Shown here: positions 12,601-24,810 of the stretch, piece after piece
Position numbering within the stretch: position 1 is the first letter of the stretch
Layout: each line of letters opens with the position of its first letter
Source: Stylophora pistillata
Lineage: Eukaryota
NCBI RefSeq assembly: GCF_002571385.2
Contig: NW_019217964.1
Span: 1-64,000, forward strand
DNA length: 64,000 bases
Direction of reading: 5' to 3'
Program-made: the position numbers and the translations under genes
Notes under the pieces: generated by a model
Told to the model about the DNA's origin: nothing
Database searches by the model: none
Seen by the model: only the letters and a program-made list of their open reading frames with translations

Positions 12601-15600
12601 TCACGAAGTGGCGACCCAGCCGCTCTCTTTGAGGAAATTCATGATGTGTTTTCTGTGTGTTTTGTCGAGATTCGGTGGATATCGAGTTTTAACCTGAACA
12701 CCTTGTCTTCTCAGGAGATTATCCTGTAGACGGAAGCAACTCATCAGGCTTCTTATATGTTAAAAACGCAAGATTATCGACAATGAATCATACATCATCT
12801 TTTGGCTGTAAGACATTACGTAATAAGGTGTAAATCAAAGCGGAAGTATATAAAAACCTCCCTATCAACGGGGAAGCTCTTTCTCTACTGTTTCCAGGTC
12901 GGCTCGCTTTAAGAATCGATATCCTTTGTTATCTAGGGAGGGGCATGGGCTCATTTACCAATCAGCAGCTGAATCTGATTTGGTGTAAGAAGCTAGGTAT
13001 CTAATGCTGCTGAGTCGGTAGGGGGGTAGGGGGGTGTTACAATATAATTTGGTTTTTACAACTGAGTTGATAATGTAAATTAGCCATCGCAAAGAGTTTC
13101 TAAGCTGAAGTTCTAGCGTTAGCCCTTCGTCGGAGCGGTCACTACATCATATTAATAGTCACATTCTTCGTTGAAAATCAAAATTAAGAACATTCTATTC
13201 TCTCTAATGTCGGAACTCACCTTTAATACAATTGTTTTGATTGTGAGATAAAATCCAGGTTTCATGTGCATAGACGCGCAGAGCTGCCATGACAGAGAAA
13301 AAAACATTTTTCAGACGGCTATTGAAGAATAGGCTTATATCAATACTTTCCAAAAGAGCAGTTTTCAAATGAGCGTCCAAGGACGGTGGCGCAGGATTAC
13401 AACACTTCGCTCAGTAATTGGTCTAGAAAGCTTGCGTCATCCTTTCGACCAATCAGATGCAAAATCAAAACTAATCGCGGCTTATTCACTGATGTTTTCC
13501 CGCGCTTGCGGCAATTTTTATTTTCAGTTCTCATTGGCTCCTTGCGATATTTTCCTTTGTTTTGATTGGCTGTTACGATTATTTTGGTTTTGGTTTTACA
13601 ACATTCATTCGAGAAGCGCTCTAATATGGACTCTAATTTGTCCAACGTAGGAGGCGCCTCCAAAGTCCAGGGAAAACATCAACGTTTACATTCCGACGTG
13701 TTTGCTAACAAGTACATCACACTACAGTGTTTTGCTTTGTCAAATGTTTTGATGAAACGTGTAGTTAAACCCCAGCCATTCTCCTTACCTGTCTCTCTAT
13801 TAATGACAGTAAATTGTAGGTGGGACAGTTTTTCATTTGATCTTCAAAACTTGGCGACGATAACGACCGATCTGCAAAGGAAAAACAAACAATTGAATTG
13901 CGTATTTTGAAATTTTAGTCTACGGACTCGAGTGATGTATACTGGCGTCCAGAATTGAGGATAGCACTTTTTATCTCATTGAAATCGTATATCTTTGGTA
14001 CCTTTTTCATCCTTATCTTCTGACGCGGCCCTACAATGGAAAAATAAAATGAACAAATAAAACACTGGGATATATTAAAGAATCTCCAAAGACGGGAAAC
14101 TCAAGCCAACAATCCATAATATTGGATTCACTTACTCGTTCTTTTTTCCCATCGACACATTCGTCCTTCTTGGTTGGGTTCCACCCTAGAGGTACCAGAA
14201 AAATACCATTTCATCACTTGCTTTATTTAGTGTGCCATTGAATATCTTAGGGTGGATCTGACTGTTAACAACAGCCACTTCAAAACACAATTTAACCACG
14301 GCCAGAACACGTATAAGAACTCACCACCATTTTCCTTTTGTTTTCTTTTCGTCTTTCTCGTCGCAATCTTTGTTCATCATATTCTTGACACTCTGAAAAG
14401 GCGTCAAACAGGTTTAGCCATTTTAGCTTTCTCGGAAGACGCCACAAATCTCTCGCAATAAGTTTCACTTAAACAATACTTTTTTTACGAATCGACTCGC
14501 TTCTCTGGAGGCTTTTCAAGGGGCTTCTTGTTCAATTAACGTTTCCCGTTAAAATCCACTATATTGCATTAACGAAAAACCATTTTAATGGTTAAAATAA
14601 TCTCCTTTGAGCCCCGTATTGCCGTTACTATATATGTCCTGCTCGTTTTAGGTAATAATGTAATAAAAGATTACCTGCTAGTTTTGTGATTCCATTCTTT
14701 CTGTACCGCGTGAGATCTTTGATTCTTGCTCTCAATTCCCTTTCTCCTGAAAGTGAATTTAAAAAAAGTGTGACAATCTAAAAGCTCACAAACCAAATGG
14801 CAAACTTTTAAACCCATAAAAAATTGTTTAAAGCTTGAGTCTCGTTGTTCCAGTTTCTGACTTAATTTCCATCGTTACTGATTGAGTACAGACAATGAAA
14901 AATTGAGATCCATTTATTAAATAGATCTGTGTTGCAACTTTCATAACTTTTCGGATAGAAAAAAAGTTTCTTCTTACGTAAATGACCATTCAGAAATTCC
15001 TCCCAATCGCTGTGGCTTTTGAATCTCGCAAAAACTCTGGTGGCGTCCCTGAACTCTCTACAAATAAAAGATGACAGTGATTGTAAAAGACTAACAAACG
15101 CATCTCTCGGTTCTGGAAGTAAGAATAATCATGATCTCGTCATCTTTTTGTTCTCAGTTGACGGTCACGGATTACTAACCTGTCCTCTTTGCTGTACTTT
15201 CTTCGAAGAGCTGGAACAAAAACAAATTCTCTAAATGAAATATGTTCATTGAGTTCCAAGAGTACGCGACTTTAAATTGACGACCTCTGAAAATATTCCC
15301 TTCCCTTTTTCCAAAATCTGCTCAAATATGACTGATGCTAATAGGAAAGATCAAAATAAACTTAACGTTTCATCAAATGTCATGGAAGTGATAAATAAGT
15401 ATAGCTTTTTATAACTGTACCTGGCAAACCACGAGGGTGCATGAACAGAATCGTTTTGGCTTATCATGATTGGCAAAGTGGCCGCAAGGCCACTGTAAAT
15501 ATAAGTAGAGCTGTAAAGACACATGTCATACCAACATTTACAACATGCTGTGTGATAAATAGGAGGTTAGTAGCTGGAATTCAGTACCTATTATTCTATG

Positions 15601-18600
15601 TTTGCTGGCAATAAGTCCATGTTGTCTTGCAATACTGAAAAGAAATGAAATGAATCGTCACCATCAATGCTATTGTACGTTAAGGGCTTTCGAACTTAAT
15701 GTCACACCAGCAATGAGGGATGAGTGCGCTATGTCGCTTTTTGTTTTATGTACAAATCAAGAACTCCTTCGAAAAAGAGAGGCGTGGTCATTTGCACCCA
15801 TAACCAACCCTCCTCCTTAAAAACAAGCTAACATCTTCTTGCCACAGACATCTTGACCAGGATAAAGTAAGAAGATAAGAGATGAGCTGCTCTCAAACAA
15901 GAACAAGCAACGTATGATGCACGATCCTCGCAGTAGAGAGCGCTATTTAAGCAATAGCGAAAATCAGACCTGAAGAAAATCAGGCCTGTACGGGATTCGA
16001 ACCACTGACCTCTGCGATACTAGTGCAGCGCTCTACCAATTGAGCTAACAAGCCAACTGGGAGCAGGCCGTTAAGTTGATTCGTAATAAACCCGTGATGA
16101 TAAATCAGATACAATGAATATATGAAGTTCATATATTTTGAACTGCGGTTGTAGATACGTATGATGCACGATCCTCGCAGTAGAGAGCGCTATTTATGCA
16201 ATAGCGAAAATCAGACCTGAAAAAAATCAGGCCTGTACGGGATTCGAACCACTGACCTCTGCGATACTAGTGCAGCGCTCTACCAATTGAGCTAACAAGC
16301 CAACTGGGAGCAGGCCGTTAAGTTGATTCGTAATAAACCCGTGATGATAAATCAGATACAATGAATATATGAAGTTCATATATTTTGAACTGCGGTTGTA
16401 GATACGTATGATGCACGATCCTCGCAGTAGAGAGCGCTATTTATGCAATAGCGAAAATCAGACCTGAAAAAAATCAGGCCTGTACGGGATTCGAACCACT
16501 GACCTCTGCGATACTAGTGCAGCGCTCTACCAATTGAGCTAACAAGCCAACTGGGAGCAGGCCGTTAAGTTGATTCGTAATAAACCCGTGATGATAAATC
16601 AGATACAATGAATATATGAAGTTCATATATTTTGAACTGCGGTTGTAGATACGTATGATGCACGATCCTCGCAGTAGAGAGCGCTATTTATGCAATAGCG
16701 AAAATCAGACCTGAAAAAAATCAGGCCTGTACGGGATTCGAACCACTGACCTCTGCGATACTAGTGCAGCGCTCTACCAATTGAGCTAACAAGCCAACTG
16801 GGAGCAGGCCGTTAAGTTGATTCGTAATAAACCCGTGATGATAAATCAGATACAATGAATATATGAAGTTCATATATTTTGAACTGCGGTTGTAGATACG
16901 TATGATGCACGATCCTCGCAGTAGAGAGCGCTATTTATGCAATAGCGAAAATCAGACCTGAAAAAAATCAGGCCTGTACGGGATTCGAACCACTGACCTC
17001 TGCGATACTAGTGCAGCGCTCTACCAATTGAGCTAACAAGCCAACTGGGAGCAGGCCGTTAAGTTGATTCGTAATAAACCCGTGATGATAAATCAGATAC
17101 AATGAATATATGAAGTTCATATATTTTTTTTTTATATATGAACTTCATATATCTATTGTATCTGATTTATACATATCCATATATCCATATATCAATATGG
17201 ATATATGGATATATGGATATGTATAAATCAGATACAATAGATATATGAAGTTCATATATAAAAAAAAAATATATGAACTTCATATATTCATTGTATCTGA
17301 TTTATCATCACGGGTTTATTACGAATCAACTTAACGGCCTGCTCCCAGTTGGCTTGTTAGCTCAATTGGTAGAGCGCTGCACTAGTATCGCAGAGGTCAG
17401 TGGTTCGAATCCCGTACAGGCCTGATTTTTTTCAGGTCTGATTTTCGCTATTGCATAAATAGCGCTCTCTACTGCGAGGATCGTGCATCATACGTATCTA
17501 CAACCGCAGTTCAAAATATATGAACTTCATATATTCATTGTATCTGAAGAACAAGCAAACAAATAGTAAACACTAAAACAGGCCAACAAATAGTGTAAAT
17601 GCATAATGAAGGTTTAAGAGACTTTGAACTAGGCCGTTTTCGATATATAAAATTCTGACAAGGCTTCTAGTCAAGAGGGGGGGGGATAAACAAAAGAGAT
17701 TATTTATTCATCCCTCAACCTCGATGCGATTGCTTTTGTTTTATTCCCCTAAGCCTGCAAGCCAAGTTTGAATTTAAATATATCGAAAATGGCCTATTAC
17801 AATCTTTCAAAACGTACCCTACTTTGATAAACAGCTTTAAGGTTACTTCCCACCTTTGCGAGTGTGTCCTTCGAGAAAAAATTCGCACGCGCGCTAGTTT
17901 CAAGAAAACCCTAACAAACTATACATAAAAAGAAAGTTTAATAAGTTTGTAAACAACTAGCGCCAAACCAGATTATCTCGCCTCTTGAAACCGCGAACCA
18001 ATGAGAAGATGGGACTTCCTGGCGTGAATGACAAGGGATCAAGATTTTCCAGAGAAAAGTATCGCATAGCACTCACGTTTTTTTATCTCGCTCTATTGAA
18101 CGTTGAGTAATGGGCAAAGTTGGCAAAGGAAAAACCCACGACAAAACTGACGGCAAAAAGGGTAAAGCTGAAAATACTGCTGAAAAGTAAAACAGCGAAT
18201 CGTTAGGTAAGATGTCTAACTTCAATCTGGTCCAATAAAAAAAAAAACGATTTTGTCGCCCTCTGAAGGTGGGAAGTAACCTTAAAAGCTGTAAGGGAAG
18301 TGTGCGTCAAAATGTTTCACAGAAAAAGTTCGTTGTACTCACTTCTTTCTGCGTTGTCTTTCCTTGAGTCTTCTTAGATACATATCTATTATACCTAGCT
18401 TTAAATCTACAAAACAAAACAGAGCCAAGATTACTGGAACTATCTGTGTACATAGTGCTGTAAGGAGATAATTACCGGATTCTTATTCACTAATTTCAAC
18501 AGGGATGGCTGTGAAACCCTTTCAGATGTCTAGCAAACACTTTTAATTACCAAGTTTGAATTTCTTCACCCTTACCTACTTCCACATCCTCATCATCATA

Positions 18601-21600
18601 ACTGAACTGTAAACCACTAACAAGAGTTTCAGCCTCGTTATCATACTCCTGCAAAAAAAAAAAAAAAACATTCAGAGTTACTCCCCAATTTCTCACATAT
18701 TGCGTCACGATGGATAGTGCTATCCAATAATGGCACATAGACCAGATCCTTTGGGCAATATTGGTCTGTATTGACTTAATGCTAGAGTGCTCAGTAAACT
18801 TCTGAGGTCAAAGAATTCTCTTGCAACAAGAATACAGAATTCTCTTGTTCAATTTTGATGGTGTAACCCTTTTCTTTTTGTTTAGACATTAAGAGTATTT
18901 TTATGTTCATTTAATCTATCCATCTGCCACTGCCCGGTCAACGAAATGTTGTACACAAGAACAATAACACCTAATTTAAACACCCAGAGTGAGTGACTCC
19001 ATTAAGGCTAAGCTCTTTGCTTGACTCTCAATGACTCTTAATTTATTCATTTTCTCATCTAATGTATATATATCTTAGTTTTGTTATTTCATTCTCACTT
19101 GATAATGACGTTCTGAAACTGTCAAAACGTCATGTAATGTTTTCCAATATTTTATTGCAGATTTTTATTGTAAAACATCTGCCATTTCGTTTCTTATTTG
19201 AAACAACTAAGCACTGGACTGATTTAAACACTGATAAGATAGCACTGTACCACCTTTTCGAAGTCATCTCTGAGTGGCATATATCCTAGCTCCTGCTGTT
19301 CAGTTACATTCATCTCCACAGGTTCAGGGGGGTGCAAAAGTGTCGGTGACAGTACCTCTGTGAGTTGGAGAGAGATACAGGCCTCTTAGATACATTACTT
19401 AATACTTTATTCCAAGGAGCTCATTGAAATATCTAGACACTTTTAAAACGACAATCATGACTAAATGATAAACAGTCCAGATTCTACATGAAACTTCAGC
19501 CAGTTCAAAGGTCATGGGCATTGTATTCTAATAACTTTATATTTTGGTACATGGGGGTATTATTGATTATTACACGACTCGGGCAGTCAGAGGGCCAATA
19601 ACTAAAATCAACCAATCAAAATGCTCTATTGCCGGTCCAATATTCTCTGAGTATTGGACCGGGCACTGTCCTGAATGGTCCGAATGATACCGCACTTGTG
19701 TCCCTTTGAACTTCAGTCGTGTAATAAATCTCTTATTAACCAAGCTTGCTCGGGACCGTACTGGAAGAATATCGGCCCTCGGTCTTTTTTGTACCGACCT
19801 CGCTGCACTCGGTCCGTACTGTCAAGACCTCGGGCCGATATTCTCCCAGTACGGCCCTCGCGCTTGGTTAATAAGATATATGTATTATTTTTTTGTTGTT
19901 GTTTGCCATACCTTGATCAGCAGATGTATGATCAACTATTTTGTTCTTAAAAGGTTCAACAGTTGCTAAAACACAAAAAACAGAAAATGATAAAATCATT
20001 TTAGAAGATCAGAGAAACTGGGTTGAAACCTATTCTGACTTTAGACACAGCACTTAGTAGCTTTGATGTGATTCAGTTGTTCTTTCTGTATCCAGCAGAA
20101 ATATCCACTAATGAGAAGTAACCTATTAACCTAGAATACCTAGGTTTTCAAGGAAAAAGAGTTTCCGAAAGAGATATTTAATTCATCAGTCATGATGTAA
20201 TACTAAATAAACATTGAGAAAACATTCTGTTGTAATATTGCCGTTCTGTTGTTAAGGCTGGGCTCCCTGTGCCCTGCCCCCATTTTGCATGACCAGCGGT
20301 TTCACTTTATGGCTATTTGTTATTGTGACCGCCATTTTGTATTTAGTCTTTAGTTAGGTTCTAAGTGAAGTAAGGCCTATTAAAGGTTCGAACTCAACAC
20401 ATTGTGCTGGTAACTCAAGTAACATTGAACCCCTTCTAAATAATGATCCAGTTTGCAAAATATTCTATTGGGGGAAACAAATGACAAACGACAAACTCAG
20501 AGAATACAAACTTACTGTATAGCCCTGAGCAACAGAAAACTCACTGTAAGATAAGCTTATGAAACAATTTCCACAAATTGTTACCTTTTCCAACAACTCC
20601 TGAGATGTAATTGTCAGCATAATGTTCACTGGTCTCTGTTGATAAAAATTAAATTTCATTGAGAAAAGGCAGTGGAAAAAGAGCAGCAGAATAATTACAA
20701 ATAACATGAAGTTCTTTACCTGATTAATAACAGCTTTTACTCCCAAATTGCCTTTGCCTCAAAAGCTAAACTAATCATCTAAAATATGTCTTGAAGAAAT
20801 ATTTGATTCTTAACATTTACTGGAAAATTTTTATCAGTAAGTTGCCTTTGGTTTCTTTACCAATCAGTATTTTGAGATTGGTTTTATGTAATTCCCTGAT
20901 GGCAAAAAAAGACTTCAAATTTTGTCGTCAATAATAAAGGTTTGAACAGATTGTAAGTAGTTAATATGTCAATTATCAGATGATTAATTAATTAATCAAC
21001 AGATTGAAGATGTGGCTGACCTTTGCCTGTTTTGGTACCAATGTGATCAGCAACATCATCCCTGAAAAAAAAAAACAAAAACAAGTTGAGAAAGAGGCAG
21101 TGTGGCCGAGTGGTTAGAGTGTCGGACTCGTAATCCGCCGCTCCCGGGTTCGAGTCCCTCCCTGACCACTAGATTTGTTTCATGGTAGCCCCATGTTCAG
21201 ATCCTTGGCCACACTTGTAAATAGCCAACTGGTTTGCCTCCGGCCGGTTGGGGTTCTTAATGATGTTCTTTTCAATTTAGACCATTTGTTTCATTTGTTT
21301 GCAAGGACCACAATGGAAACTACTGGTTCACCAGTAATTGTGTAATCCTATAAAAAGACTTTTTTTTTTTTTTTTAATAATAGGGGTAAAAGGAAAAAGC
21401 TGAAATGTATCACATCCCAATGATTATGTATTTGCCACTATCTCCTCAAAAACTGTTGGTGGTGCCAAATGTAAAACACACATTGTAAAACTATAATTAT
21501 AACATAACCAAAGTAAAGCGCGCGCTCTGATTGGTCAATTTAGCGTCCCCCATTTGCCCATTGCTGCTGACGTGAGCAAATGCAACGACTATTTTTCCGC

Positions 21601-23903
21601 GCGCGCCTGTTTTTCCTGGTCACATAAGATTTGTTAAATAAAAGGGAACTCTTTAGCTACAATGTATCAATGTTGTTATAAAACAAATGGTAAACACCAC
21701 AGCGTACACTATTGAGTTATGGATGCACTTGGGAGGTTTGCTAAGCACTCAAGAAGCTAGAGTCGCTCTTGGCTATCGCCTCGAGCGACTCTTACGCTTC
21801 TTTTGTGCTTAGCAACCTCCCGCATGCATCCATAACTCAATAGTGTATGCTGTGGTGTTTACCATTTGTTAATTACCAGTTTCCAAAACCATGCTGTTCT
21901 ATTGCATCTAAAAGTAACACTTCCTCTTCAGATGTCCAGTCCTCAGTAAATAATGGAAATGTCCCACCATCCTGCACAATACAAGTTCCATATATATAAC
22001 ACCACGATCTTTTCAGTTACCTTTAGTTACTGACGACATATTGATACTCATAAAGATACCAATAAAATGATGATGATGATGATGATGATGACGGTGATAT
22101 TGATGACAATAATTTGAGTACAGTCAAACCTCGGTTATCCAGACTTCGATTATCCGGATTTCTCGATTATTCTGACTTTTTTCTCTGGTCCCACTTTTGT
22201 CATGAATATTTTATAAGTCACGATCAAGATCCATATCCATATTCATTTTAAAACTACAGCATTGAAAAGTGAGTAGAAGCAAGTTTGTTTCCCTTTCAAA
22301 AAGCAAAAGCAGTGCTCACACATGTCATAACTAGTGAAGAACATTTGAATGACGTCTGATTGGCTTTGAGTTCCTTGTTTCTAAGTGAGATGGTTCTGTT
22401 ACCTGTAGGCCATATTTTTTTTTTCAAAATGATTTCTTATTTTAATAATTTTTTGTTCCTCATTAGTATTCATATTCTGGATTATCAAGACCCCCGATTA
22501 TCTGGACCCTCGATTATCTGGACTATTTTTTCTTGTCCCAACGAGTCCGAACAATCAAAGTTGGACTGTAGAACAAAATGGGACTTTGCAGGATAATAGC
22601 ATTTCTAGCAAGGAGGGTAATGGTATATAAAAGTACCAGATTACTGTGCAAAAAAAAAATGTATAACTTTCAAACAGAGCATCAGGTCAGGTCAAGATAA
22701 CTCTATCTCTTGGTTCTCAATAACGTGAGGAGACCTGTCAAGTAAGTAACATAATTTAGCTCTAGAAGACTGGGTACTAGTGGCAAAAGAGGAGAAAAAT
22801 GTTGACAAAGATCATGAGGTTTAGAGAGAGAATGGGAAATTGTGGAGAGGCCAAATTTCAGAAGTACCAGTGGTATTAAGGGCTATCATAGGAACATTGA
22901 TAGTAGTAGTGAAACTATCCCTCTTGGAACCATACCCTTCCTTCCCCCCAAGGAAGCTGAGGTGATGCCCTTGGCATCCCAAATGATGGCTATAAAGTAA
23001 AAAAATCTCATTCTTTGCCAGCAAATCAACTTAACAGCTCTGCATCCTACTAAAAGTAATAGTCCAAATAAAAAGTACATTTGTTAGGATGGCTGATCCT
23101 TTGAACAGTAAAAACTAAACACAAATAACCGTTACAGATACTATGGGAACAAACACTTGCATCACAAAAAGTTGAAAAATTAGAGAAGAGTTTGTAATGG
23201 ATAGGGGTGGGGGGGAGGGGAGGGGGGGAGGGCAGCTTGCAGCTTGTAACCAGAATACTGCAGAATACTGTAGATGAGCCTGTGAGAGGTTGAGGAAAGG
23301 GAGGTGGGGTGGGGAAGTATGTTTCACAAGTTTCAGTAATCAAAACCAAGTTTGGTTTTGATGTTGAGCATGTATATGTAGACCTGCTTAATATATTGAC
23401 TTAGTACTATACTCCAAACTGCAAAAACAAAATATAAGATTTCAAGGATTTTAGTTTTAATTTCACCAAAAAAAGGGAAAACGAAGACATAACATTGGAA
23501 TATTTTTGTAAGGCTCGCGATGGCGCATATGATCACGTGACCTACCATAAGTTGATAATCGTGTCCTCTTTTGTGTTTACCCATTTCCGCGCCGCAAGCG
23601 AAACACTGAAACGAAATCAGAGATGGAATAATCATAAAAACGGAGCTTAATGACAAAGATAGATCAACGAGACAACAACATCGCTACAATCCTTACTTGA
23701 AGACACAAATCGAAATCGGTGCACTCAGCACATTTCACTCGAAGTGACGTACAATCTGCTTGGCAGTAGTTACAATGGTACTCCTCTACGCCTTCAAAGA
23801 GAAGAAAAAATATAATTTTGACGAAAAAAAATATAGAAAATGCAGGATTTTGATGAAAGTAAGCAATCAAACTAACGAAATTACCGTTCCCGGCCGCCGC
23901 CAT
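12601..23903 (-). CDS. TADA2B: Transcriptional adaptor 2-beta (ADA2b, SAGA HAT module), 433 aa, 20 exons
   Basis: Exons (-): 23885-23903, 23697-23791, 23546-23605, 21877-21971, 21021-21061, 20585-20635, 19912-19965, 19254-19357, 18576-18648, 18343-18406, 15588-15634, 15180-15210, 14978-15057, 14675-14746, 14325-14392, 14136-14185, 14002-14030, 13789-13871, 13221-13283, 12601-12723; sum 1302 nt, all GT-AG, no stops. ZZ finger (CNYC..CAEC..LCLQCF..H...H), SANT (WTSEEEVLLLDAIEQHGFGNW), LGYMPLRDDFEKEYDNEAETLVSGL, RYRKNGITK, C-terminal IMNFLKESGW. Confidence 0.95.
13005..13138 (-). mobile_element. Penelope-like/hammerhead-type repeat remnant (degenerate CTGACGAAGGGCTAACGCTCGAAACGTC motif plus tail)
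   Basis: Minus strand reads cgctccgacgaagggctaacgctagaacttcagct followed by the same tail as the copies at 48412 and 63617. Confidence 0.55.
13356..13623. mobile_element. MITE-like repeat with short TIRs
   Basis: agagcagttttc ... gagaagcgctcta imperfect inverted termini; non-coding, intronic. Confidence 0.45.
15911..17546. mobile_element. tRNA-derived tandem array (about 4.9 x 247 bp) plus fold-back inverted arm, flanked by 12-bp TSD
   Basis: Units start at 15911, 16158, 16405, 16652, 16899; inverted arm ~17205-17546; AAGAACAAGCAA at 15899-15910 and 17547-17558. Lies in TADA2B intron 10. Confidence 0.9.
17351..17423 (+). ncRNA. tRNA-Thr(AGT)-like cloverleaf inside the repeat unit (probably not a functional tRNA)
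   Basis: GGCTTGT/ACAGGCC acceptor stem, GCTC/GAGC D arm, loop CTAGTAT, GGTTCGAATCC B box, followed by T7; T stem AGTGG/CCCGT has 2 mismatches. Five further copies on the - strand in the array. Confidence 0.6.
17631..17796. mobile_element. MITE with ~25-bp TIRs
   Basis: aggccgttttcgatatataaaattc ... gaatttaaatatatcgaaaatggcct. Confidence 0.7.
17841..18281. mobile_element. Non-autonomous DNA transposon, TTAA TSD, GG...CC termini (Kolobok-like)
   Basis: ttaa|ggttacttcccacctt ... aaggtgggaagtaacc|ttaa; TTAA TSD with purine-purine 5' end is the Kolobok pattern. Confidence 0.65.
19560..19884. mobile_element. Hairpin-ended repeat family A (inverted second copy at 39028-39348)
   Basis: CCAATC-containing arm plus ~150-bp imperfect palindrome tcttattaaccaagc...gcttggttaataaga. 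Confidence 0.75.
21094..21310 (+). mobile_element. tRNA-derived SINE
   Basis: A box TGGCCGAGTGG, B box GGTTCGAGTCC; no complete cloverleaf; followed by a non-tRNA body. Confidence 0.7.
21497..21872. mobile_element. Hairpin-ended repeat family B (inverted second copy at ~42469-42853)
   Basis: ttataacataaccaaag..ctgattggtcaa arm plus ~190-bp palindrome aacaaatggtaaacaccacagc...gctgtggtgtttaccatttgtt. Confidence 0.8.
22121..22568. mobile_element. Tc1/mariner-pogo type MITE, TA TSD
   Basis: ta|cagtcaaacctcggttatcc ... ccgaacaatcaaagttggactg|ta with internal cgattatccgga repeats; a right-end fragment of the same family at ~60152-60213. Confidence 0.65.
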
Positions 23904-24810
23904 TTTGATCACAAAGACAATGCTTTCAAATTATTTCCCATGATGCCCTCTAAGGCTCTTTACAGTTGGTTCGAAGTAAACCGAAAACACTTTCTTTACC
24001 TCCTGGGATCAGCCGATGTTTAGAGGAATCTCCTTCTAAATTCCCAAACAATAACAAAGGTACTAAGTTTCAACTGAACGAAGATGTATTTATAATGATT
24101 CATCGCTTAGCGAAAGCGAGGCAAAAAGGGGAGGAAGATAGTAAAAAAGAAGAAAACAGAAACGACTCATGTGAGGTTCTTGTGCTATACAAACACAGTT
24201 GACTTCCCTAACCGGCTCTCGAAGCAAACAAGTCATTATTAATTCTTACTAAAGCGAAATCTTTTTTCAAGGTAGTAAGTCCTTTCTTGGGCAAGTTTGT
24301 TTGGTCAAGGTGGACGGAAATTAGCCTGGCTTTTTTCTTTGCATTTCTATGGACCTCGACTTCGTCTTGGTCCATAAAAATGCCAAAAAAGAGAACTCGG
24401 CCAATATCCAATAACGCATATCTATTAAATACAACTGACGTTTGGACCCTTGCGGTAAGGTTTGCGAACGCATTCAGGCACACATTCTAAATCAAACTGG
24501 CTAACCTCAAGATCAAAGGATGAATCATTGATGGCAGCACTGGGAAGGGAAGTTGTGTCTAGAGCTGCAATTTAAGCAATTGTGGAAAGAAGGGTTAAAA
24601 AATCAGACTTCCAACGGGAAAGAATCCCACCAAAGGCTGATTTTTCTTTTCTTGATTCTTTCTGTAATAAATTTGCTTGAATTGAAGGTCACCTGTGAGA
24701 ATCATTGCTTTACTTGATTTTCCTACAAGGTCATATATAATTTATTTTATTCAAAATAATTAAATATATTGTTTCTTGATAGCTCAGCTAACAATCACCC
24801 AATCTTCAAG

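Noticed and set aside
15982-17423. Functional tRNA-Thr gene cluster or CRISPR-like array
   Set aside because: T stem is mispaired, units sit in a TSD-flanked insertion, and there are no unique spacers or cas genes.
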